A stretch of 64,000 nucleotides of DNA from the human T2T-CHM13v2.0 reference genome, Homo sapiens, in assembly GCF_009914755.1 (NCBI RefSeq), contig NC_060942.1; one strand, given 5' to 3'. Of the stretch, positions 27,310-42,866 are shown piece after piece (the stretch's first letter is position 1; the number at the start of each line of letters is the position of its first letter). The position numbers and the translations under genes are program-made. The notes under the pieces were generated by a model. It saw nothing but the letters and a program-made list of their open reading frames with translations. It had not been told where the DNA came from and searched no databases.

Positions 27310-27968
27310 ACCATCATTGACGATTTTATACTATTTGTACTCAAAATTTTCTATATGATCATATATTTTTTGTTTCTCTCTCTCCTATACTGTCTTTTTC
27401 TGCACTAAATGGATATTTTCTAGTGTAAGATTTGTTCTTTAATATTCTCCCATGTGTTTTTTAAATTGCTTTCTTAGTAGTTAATACCAGATTTACCATA
27501 TATATCTTATTGTTATCTATTTGATTTATACTACCTTATATCTAGTGAGATACAGCTTCTATATAGCCATATCTTTCTTCCCTTTTTATATGCTATTATT
27601 TTTATTCATATATCTATTTAGTTATAAATATAATAGTTTTAGTTATAAAGTCATAATATAAGTTATGGCTTTATATAATTCATGCTTACTAATGAAACTG
27701 AGAAAAGAAAGTATGTATTTATACAGTTTTTTATTTTAACCTCTTATCATTTCTGGTTCTCTTCATTTGTCCCTGTAGATTTAAATGATCATGATTACCA
27801 TTTGATTTCACATCTTCATTTCCATATGGCTTTGCTCCCACACACCTCCTTTGTACTCCTTTGTACTGTACATAAATGTATAACACTTTATATGTTATAG
27901 ACCCCAAAACAATACTATATATACATTATTTCATATTATTGCTTTTAAATCAGCCAATAGAAGAAAGT
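27310..27968 (-). mobile_element. L1MD/L1ME (L1MDa/L1MEc-like) inter-ORF region fragment
   Basis: ggatattttctagtgta...gagaaaagaaagtatgtatttatacag...catttctggttctcttcatttg...tatatgttatagacccca...ttgcttttaaatcag. Confidence 0.65.
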
Positions 27969-29474
27969 TATCCCTCATAAACTAGCTGACCTAGTGTTTA
28001 GCTTGTTGCATTTTTTCTAGCTTTATTGAGAATATTGACAAGTAAAAATTGTATATACTCATGGTATACAATGTGTTGCTTTGATATATGTATCCATAGT
28101 GAAATGGTTACCATAATCAAAGAAATTAATATATCCATCACTTCACATAGTTATTCTGTGTGTGAGTGTGTGTGTTCAGTGAGAACATTTAAGATTTACT
28201 CTCAGCAATTTCAGGTATACATTATATAATTTTTAACTATAGTGACCATGTTATACAATAAATTTCTAGATTTTATTTATCCTAACTGAAATTTTATACC
28301 TTTTGGGCAACATTTTTGCATTACTTCCCCTCTCCCACCACAACAGACACTGGGAACCACCATTCAACTGCCTGCTTCCATGAGTTTGACATTGTTAGAT
28401 TCCATATATAAGTGAGATCATGCATTATTTCTTTTTTTATATCTGGCTTATATTATTTAGCATAATGTCTTCCAGGTTCATCAATGTTGTGACAAATGTA
28501 AGAAATTATTTCTTCTTAAAGGATAAATAATATTTATTTCCATATACAGACATACATTTTCTTCATTCACTCATTCCTTGGTTTTTTTCCATATCATGGC
28601 TATTTTGAATAATGCTGCAATAAACATGGCAGTGTCTTAATCTCTTTAACATACTGATTTCATTACCTTTGAATATATTCCCAGAAATGGGATTGCTGAA
28701 TAATAATGAAAGCTCTATTTTTAATTTTTGAGGAAACTTTCTACTATCTCCATAAGGCTGTACCAATTTACATTCCCATTACCAGTGTACAAGGGTTCCC
28801 TTGCCAACTCTTGTTACCTTTTGTCTTTCTGACAATAGCTATTCTAACATGTGTGAGATGTGTGAGGTGATATCTCATTACTGCTTTGATTTGCATTTCT
28901 TGGATGTTTACTGATGTTGACCACCTTTTCATGTTTCTGTTAGTGATTTGTATGTCTTTTTTTGGAACTGTTTTTTTTATATCCTTTTACCTTTTTAAAA
29001 AATCTTGTTATTTGCTTTCTTTTTATTGAGCAGTTGGGTTCTTTATACATATCAGATATTAACCACTTATCAGATGTATTACTTGTAAACATTTTCTCTA
29101 ATTCTGCAAGTTGTCTCTTAATTCTCTTGATTGTTTTAGAAGCTTTTTAACTTTATGCAATTCCATTTTCCTATTTTGGCTTTTGTTATGTGTGTTTTGG
29201 GGTCATATTCACAAAGCAATTTTCCAGCCCAATGTTGAGAAGGTTTTTCCTTATGTTTTCTTCCAGGTGTTCTACAGTTTCAGGTCTTATGTTTAAGTAT
29301 TTAATCTATTTTTAATTTTTTTTTACATATAATATGACATAAGGGTTCAATTTCACTCTTCTGCATGTGGATATCCAGGTTTTCAAGCATCATTTAATGA
29401 TAAGACAGTTCTTTCCTTATGGGAGTCCTTGGTTATTTGTTTTAAGGTCAGTTTACTGCAAATGTGAGATTTCT

Positions 29475-29934
29475 TTTTTTAATTTTTTATTTTATTTTAT
29501 TATTAATATACTTTAAGTTTTAGGGTACATGTGCACAATGTGCAGGTAAGTTACATAGGTATACATGTGCCATGTTGCTGTGCTGCACCAATTAACTCGT
29601 CATTTAACATTAGGTATATCTCCTAATGCTATCCCTCCCCCCTCCTCCCACCCCACAACAGTCCCCAGAGTGTGATGTTCCCCTTCCTGTGTCCATGTGT
29701 TCTCATTGTTCAATTCCCACCTATGAGTGAGAACATGTGGTGTTTGGTTTTTTGTCCTTACGATAGTTTACTGAGAATGATGATTTCCAATTTCATCCCT
29801 GTCCCTACAAAGGACATGAACTCATCATTTTTTATGGCTGCATAGTATTCCATGGTATATAAGTGCCACATTTTCTTAATCCAGTCTATCACTGTTGGAC
29901 ATTTGGGTTAGTTCCAAGTCTTTGCTATTGTGAA
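29475..29934 (-). mobile_element. L1PA3-like 3' end (non-inverted part of a twin-primed insertion)
   Basis: T-rich tail, then ctttaagttttagggtacatgtgcacaatgtgcagg...acagtccccagagtgtgatgttcccc...tttactgagaatgatgatttccaatttc. Perfect 17-bp TSD gcaaatgtgagatttct (29458-29474 / 30302-30318). Confidence 0.96.
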
Positions 29935-30304
29935 CAGACACTTCTCAAAAGAAGACATTTATGCAGCCAAAAAACACATGAAAAAATGCTCACCATCACT
30001 GGCCATCAGAGAAATGCAAATCAAAACCACAATGAGATACCATCTCACACCAGTTAGAATGGCAATCATTAAAAAGTCAGGAAACAACAGGTGCTGGAGA
30101 GGATGTGGAAAAATAGGAACACTTTTACACTGTTGGTGGGACTGTAAACTAGTTCGACCATTGTGGAAGTCAGTGTGGCGATTCCTCAGGGATCTAGAAC
30201 TAGAAATACCATTTGACCCAGCCATCCCATTACTGGGTATATACCCAAAGGACTATAAATCATGCGGCTATAAAGACACATGCACACGTATGTTTATTGC
30301 GGCA
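29931..30304 (+). mobile_element. Inverted 5' part of the same L1PA3-like element (ORF2p C-terminal CCHC region)
   Basis: ORF 29930-30361 reads [21 protein letters not shown]...[22 protein letters not shown]...CTRMFIAA, the L1 ORF2p cysteine-rich domain. Confidence 0.96.
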
Positions 30305-30704
30305 AATGTGAGATTTCTAGGCATCCTATTCTATTACATTGGCCTATGTGTCTTTTTTTAAATGACAGTACCACGTTGTTGTGATTACTATAGCTTTGCA
30401 GTATAATTTGGAATGAGAGATTGTAATAACTTCTGCATTGTTCTTTTTTCTCCATTTTTTCACTATTAGTGTTTTTTTGTGGTTCCATATGAATTTTAGT
30501 TTTTTTTTCTATTTTCATGAAAAATGCCATTAAATTTTTATAGGGAATGCAATGAATCAATATAAAGCTTTGAATAGTTTTCATGTATTTGTATCTTCTT
30601 CAATTTGTTTCATTTTTTTATAATTTTCAATGTGCAAAACTTTCACTTCTTTGGTTAAATTTATTTGTATTGTTCTTTTTGATACTATTGTAAATGAGAT
30701 TCTT

Positions 30705-32470
30705 GAGGGATTTTAGGAACACTCTCAAGCAAGTTAATATATGCATGATGATTGTCCCACAGGGAGCAGAGAAATTTAAAGGGGCAGAAAGTTTATTTAA
30801 ATAAATAATAGAAATTTACTTATTCAGGTACCCTCTTCAGGTGTCCTGAAGAGGGAAATAAAGAGAAAAGCAACTCATTACGTATAAGGGAATATGCAGA
30901 AGCTATCACATATTTCTCAGCAGAAACCTTACAAGCCAGCAGAGAATGGGATAATGTACTCAAACTCTTAAAAAAAAAAAGAAAAAAAAAGAAAAGAAAA
31001 ACGCTGCAATCACCAACACTATACCCAGCAAAACTGTCCTTTAGAAATGAAAGACAAATAGACTTTGCTAAAGAAACAGCTGTGAGAGTTCATCAGCACT
31101 AGACCTGCCTTGCAAGAAATGCTAGAGGAAGTTCTTCAAGTGAAAATGAAAAGACACTAAACATAAACATGAATACACATGAGAGTAGAAAATTCATCAT
31201 AAATGTAAGAAAGTAATTAAGAGTAATCTAACACTATAATGGTGTTGCATAACTACTTTTAATTGTAGTGCAAAAGTTAAAAGACAAAGTGTTAAAATAA
31301 CTATAGCAACAGTAATTTGTTAATGGATATGCAATATATAAATGATATAAATTGTGATTTCACTAACGTAAGATGTGGGGAAAGGAGAAGTTAAAGTGCA
31401 AATTTTTTGTATTGGTCAAAATTAAGTCGTTATCTTGAAATAGATTGTTATAACTATAATATATTTTATATAAGCCTTACGATAGCCAAGAAAGACAATA
31501 GATACATTAAAGATAAAGAAGAAGAAATCAAAAGATAACAATACAAAACATCATCTAATCACAAAGGAAGACAGCAAGAGATTAAACAAAGGAACTACAA
31601 AAGAGTCAGAAAATAACAAATGGCATAAATAAGTCCTTACCTATTAATATAAATGGATATAATTATGCAATCAGAAGACATAGACTGGCTGAATGGATTA
31701 AAAAAAACAAAGAGCCTACTATATGCTACCTAGAAGAGATTCACTTCAACTTTAAAGACACACGTAGGCTAAAAAAACGAAGGGGTGGAAAAAGACATGC
31801 AAATGGTAAACAAAAGTGAGCGGGTGTGGCTATTCTTGCCTCACACAAAATAGACTTTAAGTGAAAAACTATAAAAATAAACAAAGTAGGTCATAACATA
31901 ATGAAAAAGTATTGAATTCAAGGAGATAATATAGCAATTGTAAGGTTATATACATGCAACGTCAGAGCACCTACGTCTATAACGCAAATATTAACAGAAC
32001 TAAAAGGAGAGATGGGCAAAAATATGATCTAGTAGGGGCATCAATTCCTCCCCCCCTCCCACCATTCCACAATGGATAGGTGATCCAGACAGAAAAATCA
32101 TTAAGGAAACATCAATCTTTAACAGTGCTATAGGTCAAATGGACCTCACAGACATATACAGTACATCCTACCCAACAGGAGAATGCACATTTTTTTTCAA
32201 GCACACAGGATATTCTTTAGGATAGATCATATGTTAGGCCACAAAACAAGTTTTATCAAATTAAAAAAAAATGAAACCACTTTAAGTAACTTTTCTGATC
32301 ACAGTAATATGAATCTAAATATCAATAACAGGAGAAAAATTGGAAAATTAAAAAATATTTGAAAATTACATAACACACTGCTGAATAACCAATTGGTCAA
32401 TGAAGAAATCGAAAGGGAAATAAAAATATGTTGAGAAAAATGAAATTAGAACCTCAATATATCAAACACA
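30705..32470 (+). mobile_element. L1MA-like ORF1 3' half, inter-ORF region and ORF2 endonuclease region, degenerate
   Basis: atttctcagcagaaaccttacaagccagcagagaatgggataat (ORF1)...agacatagactggctgaatggattaaaaaa...gatagatcatatgttaggccacaaaacaag (EN domain)...gaataaccaattggtcaatgaagaaatc. Confidence 0.88.
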
Positions 32471-32599
32471 TTTCATAAAAATGCAAGATAAAATAATCAA
32501 CATTCAAATATCATTAGTGTTTCAATAGACTCAAAATGTAATAACTTGTTGCTTTTAACTACAAAGAACTACCAGTCTTTTCTAATTTGCTTGTCACCA

Positions 32600-33175
32600 A
32601 ATTTCTCCATTAGATAATTTTTGGCCTTGAACTTCTCATTTTGTATCAAATAAAGACAGATCTTTTGAGGATATCTTCAGAGTTTTCTGTTCTTATGACT
32701 GACTGCCTCTTTCCCTGTTGAAAATCCCTGAGCCAGTAATCTGAGTGCTGAGAAAGGGTGGTAAGCTTTGTAATTCTTGGCTTCATTTTTCCCACATGGA
32801 ACCACTACACTATGGGCCAGCTGTGGCCAAGAAAATTGTGGCCTGCCTGCCTGGTGCAGAGCCTATGCCCTTTTACTGTTTCCAGGGTGATGCACGAGAT
32901 TTTTGACTTATTTGGCTACATTCATCAGGAATTTGGCATCTGCAACTCAGAGTTGGAGGGAATGAGAAGTACTGATGTTTAGACTCTCATGATAAGATAC
33001 CGTCTTCTTTGGGAGCTAAATGGCAAGTGAGTCCTGCATTTTTATACACACTTCTCTAGAGTGGAGCTAAGATCAAGCTGAAGTGGGGTTGTAGGAAAGG
33101 AGTGAGTCATGACTCAAGTGCTACAAAGAGACATTTCCCATTTTTACAGAGACTTAATAGGTTTTGTTGCATTAA
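32600..33175 (-). mobile_element. L1MD/ME 5' region fragment (continues at 34400-34535)
   Basis: tttttacagagacttaataggttttgttgcattaata precedes the L1PB4 insertion and resumes as caatttccagag...ttttaccagtt...agagctccttacactgaaattctgga, the antisense L1M 5' end. Confidence 0.5.
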
Positions 33176-33177
33176 TA

Positions 33178-34400
33178 CTTTTTTTATTTAAAAAATTACC
33201 TTAGATTCTTGGAATACATTTTCAGGTTTGTTACATGGATATATTGCCTGATGCTGAGGTTTGGACTCCTAATGACCCAGTCATCCATCTGGTGAACCTA
33301 GTAACTAATGGGTAACTTTTCAACCTTTGTCTCCCTCCTTCCTTCCCTACTTTTGGAATTCCCAGTGTCTATTGTTTCCATGTTTGTGTCTATATGAACC
33401 CAGTGTTTAGTTCTCACATAGAAGTGAGAATATGCGATATCTGGTTGTCTGTTTCTTCATTCGTTCACTTAAGATAGTGGCCTCCAGCTGCATCTATATT
33501 ATCACAGAAGACATGATTTTATTCTTTTCATTCTTTTTAAAGGCTGCAGAGACTTCCATGCTGTACAGGTAACACATTTTCTTATCCAATCCACCATTCA
33601 TGGGCATCTAGTTTGATTCCAGTCTTTGCTATTGTGAATAGTGCTATGATAAACATACAAGTGCATGTGTGTTTTTGGTGGAAGGATTTTTTCCTTTGGA
33701 TATACACTCAGTAATGAAATTGCTGGGTCAACTGGTAATTCTATTTTTAATTCTTTGAGAAACTGCTCCAAATCTCCAAACTGCTTTCCGTGGGAGTCGA
33801 ACTAATTTGTGTTCCTGCCAACAGTGTGTAATTGTGAGCTTTTCTCCACAATCTCACCAACATCCGTTATTTTTAGACGTTTTAATAGTAAAAATTTTGA
33901 CTGATGTGAGACAGTAATATGATTTGGCTAGGTCTCCACCCGAATCTCATCTTGAATTGCAGTTCTCATAATCCCCACATGTCATGGGAGGGAAGGTAAT
34001 TTAATCATGGGGGTGGTTACCCTCATGCTGCTCATGCTGTTCTCATGATAGTAAGCCAGTTCTCATGAGATCTGATGGTTTTACGAGGGGCTTACCCCTT
34101 CACTCGGCTCTCATACTTCTTCCAGCTGCCCTGTGAAGAAAGACGTGTTTGCTTTTCCTTCAGCCATGATTGTAAGTTTCTTGAGGTTTCCCAAGCCATG
34201 CTGAACTGTGAGTCAATTAAACCTCTTTCCTTTATAAATTACCCAGTATCAGGTATGTTTTTATTAACAACATGAGAATGGACTAATACAAATAGTATCT
34301 TATAGTGGTTGTGATTTGTATCTCTCTGATAATTAGAGATGTTGAGCATTTTTTCATGTTTTCTGGCTGCTTACACATCTTCTTTTGAGAAGTGTCTGTT
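33178..34400 (-). mobile_element. L1PB4-like 3' portion, interrupted by a THE1D LTR
   Basis: caggtttgttacatggatatattgcctgatgctgaggtttgg...ttttcaacc...cccagtgtctattgtttcc...ends cttttgagaagtgtctgtt. Confidence 0.9.
33915..34290 (+). mobile_element. THE1D-like MaLR solo LTR
   Basis: taatatgatttggct...aatctcatcttgaattg...ggtggttaccctcatgctg...gtcaattaaacctctttcctttataaattacccag...ggactaataca. Degenerate TSD gacag / aatag inside the L1. Confidence 0.93.
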
Positions 34401-35586
34401 AATTTATTATATGAACCTAGGACAATTTCCAGAGAATTTAAATGATCAATTTAAAAAAATAATTTTACCAGTTAGGCTTGTTTTGCAAAGGAGTGGGTGT
34501 TTAGAGCTCCTTACACTGAAATTCTGGATGTAGAACTCTTTGACTTTGATTTTAAACATACTGAGTTCTATGTAGTTTCTATTTGATAGCAGTAATTATG
34601 CTTTCAGGTGATTGAGTGAAGTCCCAATGACTGGAGATTTATATGTGGGATTTTCTTCCTAGAAGTTGGTGGAAAACATCCACAATTAGTAGCAGAAGGA
34701 GATGGTGCAGATGCTGTGTTTTAACTCTTGTTGTAGTTGTCAAACTTAAATATTTATAAAAATAGAAATGAAAATGTGTCTGGTCACTGGGGGGGTGCAG
34801 AAGATAGAGGGTTTTTCTTGATTATTGCTTTGGTTCTTTATTGACAACAGAATCTAAAGTAGTGGCATCATATAATATGTAATATTAATTAAAGAATTTC
34901 AACAATAAATATAGGTGAAAATTTGTTTTCTGACACATGTGAAGGTTTTTATTCTACTGCACTATATGGAGGAATCTCAATAGTAAAGTCTTGTTGGAGA
35001 TGCAACAGATGGCCAGCTATGAGACTTTCGAAAAGAAAAACAATAACAGAAATATTTGAAAGCAATGATTTAGTAAAAACATTTTTTGAGGAAAAATAAT
35101 CCTTCTCTAGTTAAAAAAAAGTTTCTTGTGACATGTTTGATCTAATGTTTCAGTTTTGTTTTGGACAGACTCTAAGTACATATAGACTTTTAATAACTAA
35201 AATTTGACAATCCTTCAAACAGCATTTTATTCTAACAACATAAATTGACATAATTAGTTAAATATTTTACATTTATCTCAATGCAAAGGATGCAACAAGC
35301 TGCGTCTACAATACATAAGATATTCCTGGAGAATATAATGCCTCCTATACTGGTCTTTTAGTAGCATGTTGTGAAAACACATCATCTATAAGATACGTCC
35401 TTAAGGTCCAGTAATATATGTTAGTGACACATGAAGAAAAAAAATGCCTATGGGGTAATTAAATTGCTTTCCTTTAATACAGTAAGCAACAAAATAAGTT
35501 AATTATGTATCACTGAGCTTGGATTGAGGCATTAGGTGCTTAATTAAAAACTCTAATATGAATACATTTAATTTCCTTTTTGTGTG

Positions 35587-35947
35587 TAATATGGTTTGGC
35601 TGTGACCCCACCCATATCTCATCTTGAATTATAGCTCCCATGATTCGACGTGTCGGGGAAGAGACCTGGTGAGAAGTAATTGAATCATGGGGACAGATGT
35701 TTCCTGCATTGTTTTTGTAGTAGTGAATAAGTCTTATGAGATCTGATGGTTTTATAAAGGGCAGTTCCCCTGCACTTGCTCTCTTACTTGCCACCATGTA
35801 AGACATGATTTTGCCCCTCCTTCACCTTCTGCCATGATTGTGAGGCCTCCCCAGCCATGTGTGTACAGTGAGCCTATTAAACCTCTTTTCTTTATAAATT
35901 ACCCAGTCTCAGGTATGTTCTTATAGCAGCGTGAGAATGAACATACA
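35587..35947 (+). mobile_element. THE1B/C-like MaLR solo LTR
   Basis: taatatggtttggctgtg...ggcagttcccctgcac...ccatgattgtgaggcctccccagcc...gaacataca. Perfect 5-bp TSD gtgtg (35582-35586 / 35948-35952). Confidence 0.95.
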
Positions 35948-35967
35948 GTGTGTATCCAAAATTATAC

Positions 35968-36140
35968 TGCTAACATTTATTGATCTCTTTATATAGACCA
36001 GAAACTCTTCTAAGCACTTTATAATTAATATTCATTAATCAAATTCCTAGAAAGTAATGATATTATTATCCCCATTTTACATATCAGAAAACTGAGACCC
36101 AGAGATGAAATAATTTACATAGCATAATAGCTCATAAATG
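35968..36140 (-). mobile_element. MIR
   Basis: tgctaacatttattga...ttctaagcacttt...tattattatccccattttacatatcagaaaactgagacccagaga is the MIR core, antisense. Confidence 0.85.
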
Positions 36141-37304
36141 ATTTTTTGCCAATATTGCAATTATTTTTATTTTTGTTTTTTACTGATGTAGACAAAAAGA
36201 AAATGTTGCTAAGTATCATAAAATCTATTTTTCAGTTAAATAAAATAATGCTAACAGAAGGTCATGTAGTCACAGATTTCATATGGGTCATGTTGGATAT
36301 AATTCTCTAAACACATTTAGTTTTTGCAAATAATATTCTCACATGTTATTGAATTGATGGCTTGTTTCCTCATGGTACAACTGTAAACTATTTTAGAATA
36401 AGACCGAAAAAAGGGACAACCTTATCCAAACTACTTATTATGTGTATATTATATAAATGTTATTGTCATTATATTATTTATTTTGCTTACGTGTCAGCCA
36501 GTCAATAAATCTTGCCAGATAATTTTTGATAGAGTTTTGTGCAATCATGTATTAAATGCAGTTTGCTATTATTCAACTTAATGGAAGCACTACTTTATCC
36601 AACTGCTGCTGGCATAATAATTTAATTGATAAATATTTTCTTCTGTGTATATTGTGCCTGTGTCTATATATATCCTATATACATGATATGACAATGTAAA
36701 TTTAATGTGCATTTCTTACACATTTTACTTATAGTCAATTAAAGGCATATCAGATCAGTAATATCTATCAATACTTGTATCAGAAATTTTACCTCAAGAG
36801 GGTGATATTGGGTTGACCATATAGTTACACAGTTTATATTTTATATTACATTTGGGGATGTGCTCTGTATTTAAAAATGAACAATTTTTAAAAGGGAAAT
36901 ACATATGACTTGGTTTCTGAAACCAAGGAGAAGAAATCTATCCATCTGTTGGTAATAAAATGTCAATAAAAAATGAGCATTGTGCCTCAAATTCAGCATT
37001 ATTCTGATCTCATCTTGCACATCTCAACACCAACAAATCCCTTTACTTCTTGAAAGTTAAAATTATGCTTGTTTGAATAATTTACAAGTTTCTGGCTCAC
37101 CAATAGCAGTATAATCAGGAAGAAAGTAAATGTAATTACACAAGCTATAATTCTCAAACTATATTCCATTGCTGAGAGGCATGTGAAATAATAACTGTAC
37201 ATGTACCTTAAATATTCATTTTATATTCACATTGTTTAAAAATAGTTTCTTTTTCTATTTTTTTCTGCACTCAGCTTTCTTTTGTCACACGTTTGCTTGA
37301 CCAG

Positions 37305-39975
<2,671 letters not shown>

Positions 39976-42499
39976 ACCAGTTTCTCACATTCAGGTTACA
40001 AACACATTTCAAATGCTTTTCTTAAAACTGCAGCTTCTAAGACTTAGCAAGAAAATCATAGAAAGCAAAGAAGAAATATCTGCGATTATGAAATCCATCT
40101 CTCCTGGAAAAAGAAAAATTAATTTCTGACTTAGGGTTTTATTTGCCCTTTAAGACACTCAAGCATTGTTTGTTTTAAGAAAGCGTTTGAATGGACATAA
40201 ACCACCTTCAATTTACTTTTTAAAAAGTTTGTTTTTTCACATAATTGCAATCAGATTAAAAACTGGGGGATTTTGTGTGGTCAAAATGAGTAGCTGAAAT
40301 TTCTTATAATTTTGACAAATTCTACTTCTTTAATAATTATTCAAGGTAATGAAAAATTCAAATTAGAAATTAGAATATTATTTTTGAGGAATATAGTTTG
40401 CATCCAATGAAAAGGACTCTTAAATAGAAGAATTAATCATCACTTTACACATATATCACTTTATAATTTTTTTAGACTTTGAAGTTATAGGAACAGAAGG
40501 TGATATTTTCACTTGGAACTCAATTATAAAAAATCAATATCTGAGCATTACCACTGAATTTGGAGAATCTGAAATTCATGTATAAATTTAATAAATGTTT
40601 CTTTAATAAAATATCTAAGTCACTACTAGAAGTTCAATGAAATAAAAAGCCACATTAATCTTGTTCATCACTGTAAAGGCAGCTCATAGAAGACTATTTG
40701 GCATGAGATAAATAAATAAGAACACAGCAGAGACCATTATTATTAATTTTTATCAGGGAAGGGAAGGATAAATGAAAAGTTGAAAAGCGTATCAGCCTCC
40801 TGCTCCAAGAATTTCCAGGCTAATAGGATTGTCATGACAAATGTTTAAGTAACTAAAATATAAGGTTTTAAAGATACACATGAGTGGCTGAAGTCCTGAC
40901 TTTTAGGAGTTCACAAAAGGAGAGATTATTTTGGAATAGTATTATTAAGTAATTCTTTACGGAAAGTGAGATTTTAGCTTGATCAGAAAGAATAAACATG
41001 GCTAAGTAAGGGAGAAAAAGGAAATAGTAAATAATAGGAAGTGAGGAAAAGTGAAAGATTGAATAATTTGAATATATGTACAAAAGAGATATTTAAACGC
41101 ACACGGAGGATGATTGGATGGAAAAAGACTTGATGATTGGCAGCAGGGAGGAGGGTCACCTTGAAGAGCAATTACTGGGATTATCTGTAGGTTGAAAAAC
41201 AATAATCTGTATATTTTCTTGCTGATCACAGCTAATGGCATTATCCCAGATATACCGTGAATATATCTTGTTCAAACTGTTAGTAATTTTAATTTGAGCA
41301 AAAATACTACTGATAACTAAGATAACATATAGTTAATAGACTGAAAGGAACTAAGCTCTTAAAATACAAAAATTATTACAAAAAGGTCCTGACCTTAAAT
41401 TTACTTCTCAGATGGGATATTGTCCTATTTGTAAAGATCTCTTAGAATACACTTTAGTAACACACAATCATGTTGATCAAGCTTCAATGTCAGTGTAGCG
41501 TAATCGGTAGCCTGAAAAAAAATCTTAGTTTCCACTTAGAGAGCAAGGGAACCAAATTATACTATTTATAGTCGTAATCACAATCAAAAGAAACGTAGTT
41601 CAGTCAGGATCATTCTTATGATAATAGAAATCAGGTACATGAAAAATACATTTCTCTTTTTCTTTAATAACAATCATTTTTTAGAACATGTGAGGCAGAC
41701 TACCAGCAAAATCCTTGGTGGGCCCATTCTGATGAGCTGTAAGATGGAAAGCATCATGCTGAGGTAATAAAGGTGAAATTTCCTAGGAAGTGGGAGGGCC
41801 GATTATTTAGAAATACCATCAGGTCACCTTGCTCATAATTTTCAAGCATGTTTCAGGTGCATAAATTACCAATTCATGGTTCAGGTTCAGTATAATTCAA
41901 TCTCTGCTGAGTAAAATCTTGGCTTCTAAGTCATGTAAACTAAAAATAATATTTTCAGGAACACAGACTTGAATAACTGAGCTAGGTAGACAAGCAGAAG
42001 CAGAAACACCTCCCTCTTATTGTGTTGCTTTGCATTGTAACTATCTGACCCTTATCTCATCTCATCTGTGACCTTCATTTCCCTTTCTCATGTTTAACTT
42101 TGAAAATAAAATGCACCTTATACTTGACAGTATTAGAACCATTTGAAATGTTATAGTAAATAAATTCTAAAATATTATATTTAAAATATAAAATACAGGT
42201 TTTAGGAGAATTTCCATTAAAAAAATTGGACAACAAATATGTTTCACAATATTTGATGAAAATTTACTAAATATGTGCTAATCCAATTTTTCTGCCTAAA
42301 CTTGCAAACATGCTGTATAATGTATCACTTGTGTGTGTCAAGGGGAAGGTCGAGCTAACAATAGATTTTTAAAAACTGAATTAGATTAACAACAATTGTT
42401 AGCTTTTGATACATTCTCATCATATATGACCTGCTTTTTTTTAACTTCTTTTTCAGTATATTTTCTACTAATACTCTAAAAAGTAGCATATTCACTAAC

Positions 42500-42866
42500 T
42501 GATATCTAACCATCTATTCCCTGACTTCCTCCTCCAGTCATGATAATCTCATGATTATCATTTTGTTGTCTATAATTTCATTGACATTCATTTTACCTAT
42601 ATCTATTGCTAACATGCAGTTTTGTGTTTTAGTTGTTTTGATAGTTTCAAATGTGCATCGTACTATGTATAATCTTTTAAATTTTTTTTGCTATTTTTAT
42701 TTTGCTAAAATTTGTCCTATTGTGTATAGCTGTGATTCATTGCTATGGAGTGTTATATAACATCCATTGTATTGATACACCTTTGTCGTTCCTATTTATG
42801 AACATTTGAATTGCTTCCAGTTTTTGCTGTTGTGTAAAATTCTACTGTGAGCATTGATTTACACAT
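42500..42866 (-). mobile_element. L1ME 3' fragment
   Basis: ttgtgtatagctgtgattcatt...catccattgtatt...atgaacatttgaattgcttccagtttttgct...tactgtgagcatt. Confidence 0.7.

Larger units (their letters stand above)
28011..30700 (-). mobile_element. L1MA8/9 3' portion, interrupted by an L1PA3 at 29475-30301
   Basis: ctttattgagaatattgacaagtaaaaattgtata...aatatatccatcacttcacatagtta...gtgagaacatttaagatttactctc is the L1MA8/9 3' end. Antisense ORF2 continues on both sides of the younger insertion. Confidence 0.9.

Noticed and set aside
29930-30361. 143-aa ORF with a CCHC motif as a gene
   Set aside because: It is the inverted ORF2 fragment of a truncated L1PA3, with a GTG start created by the inversion junction and no promoter evidence.
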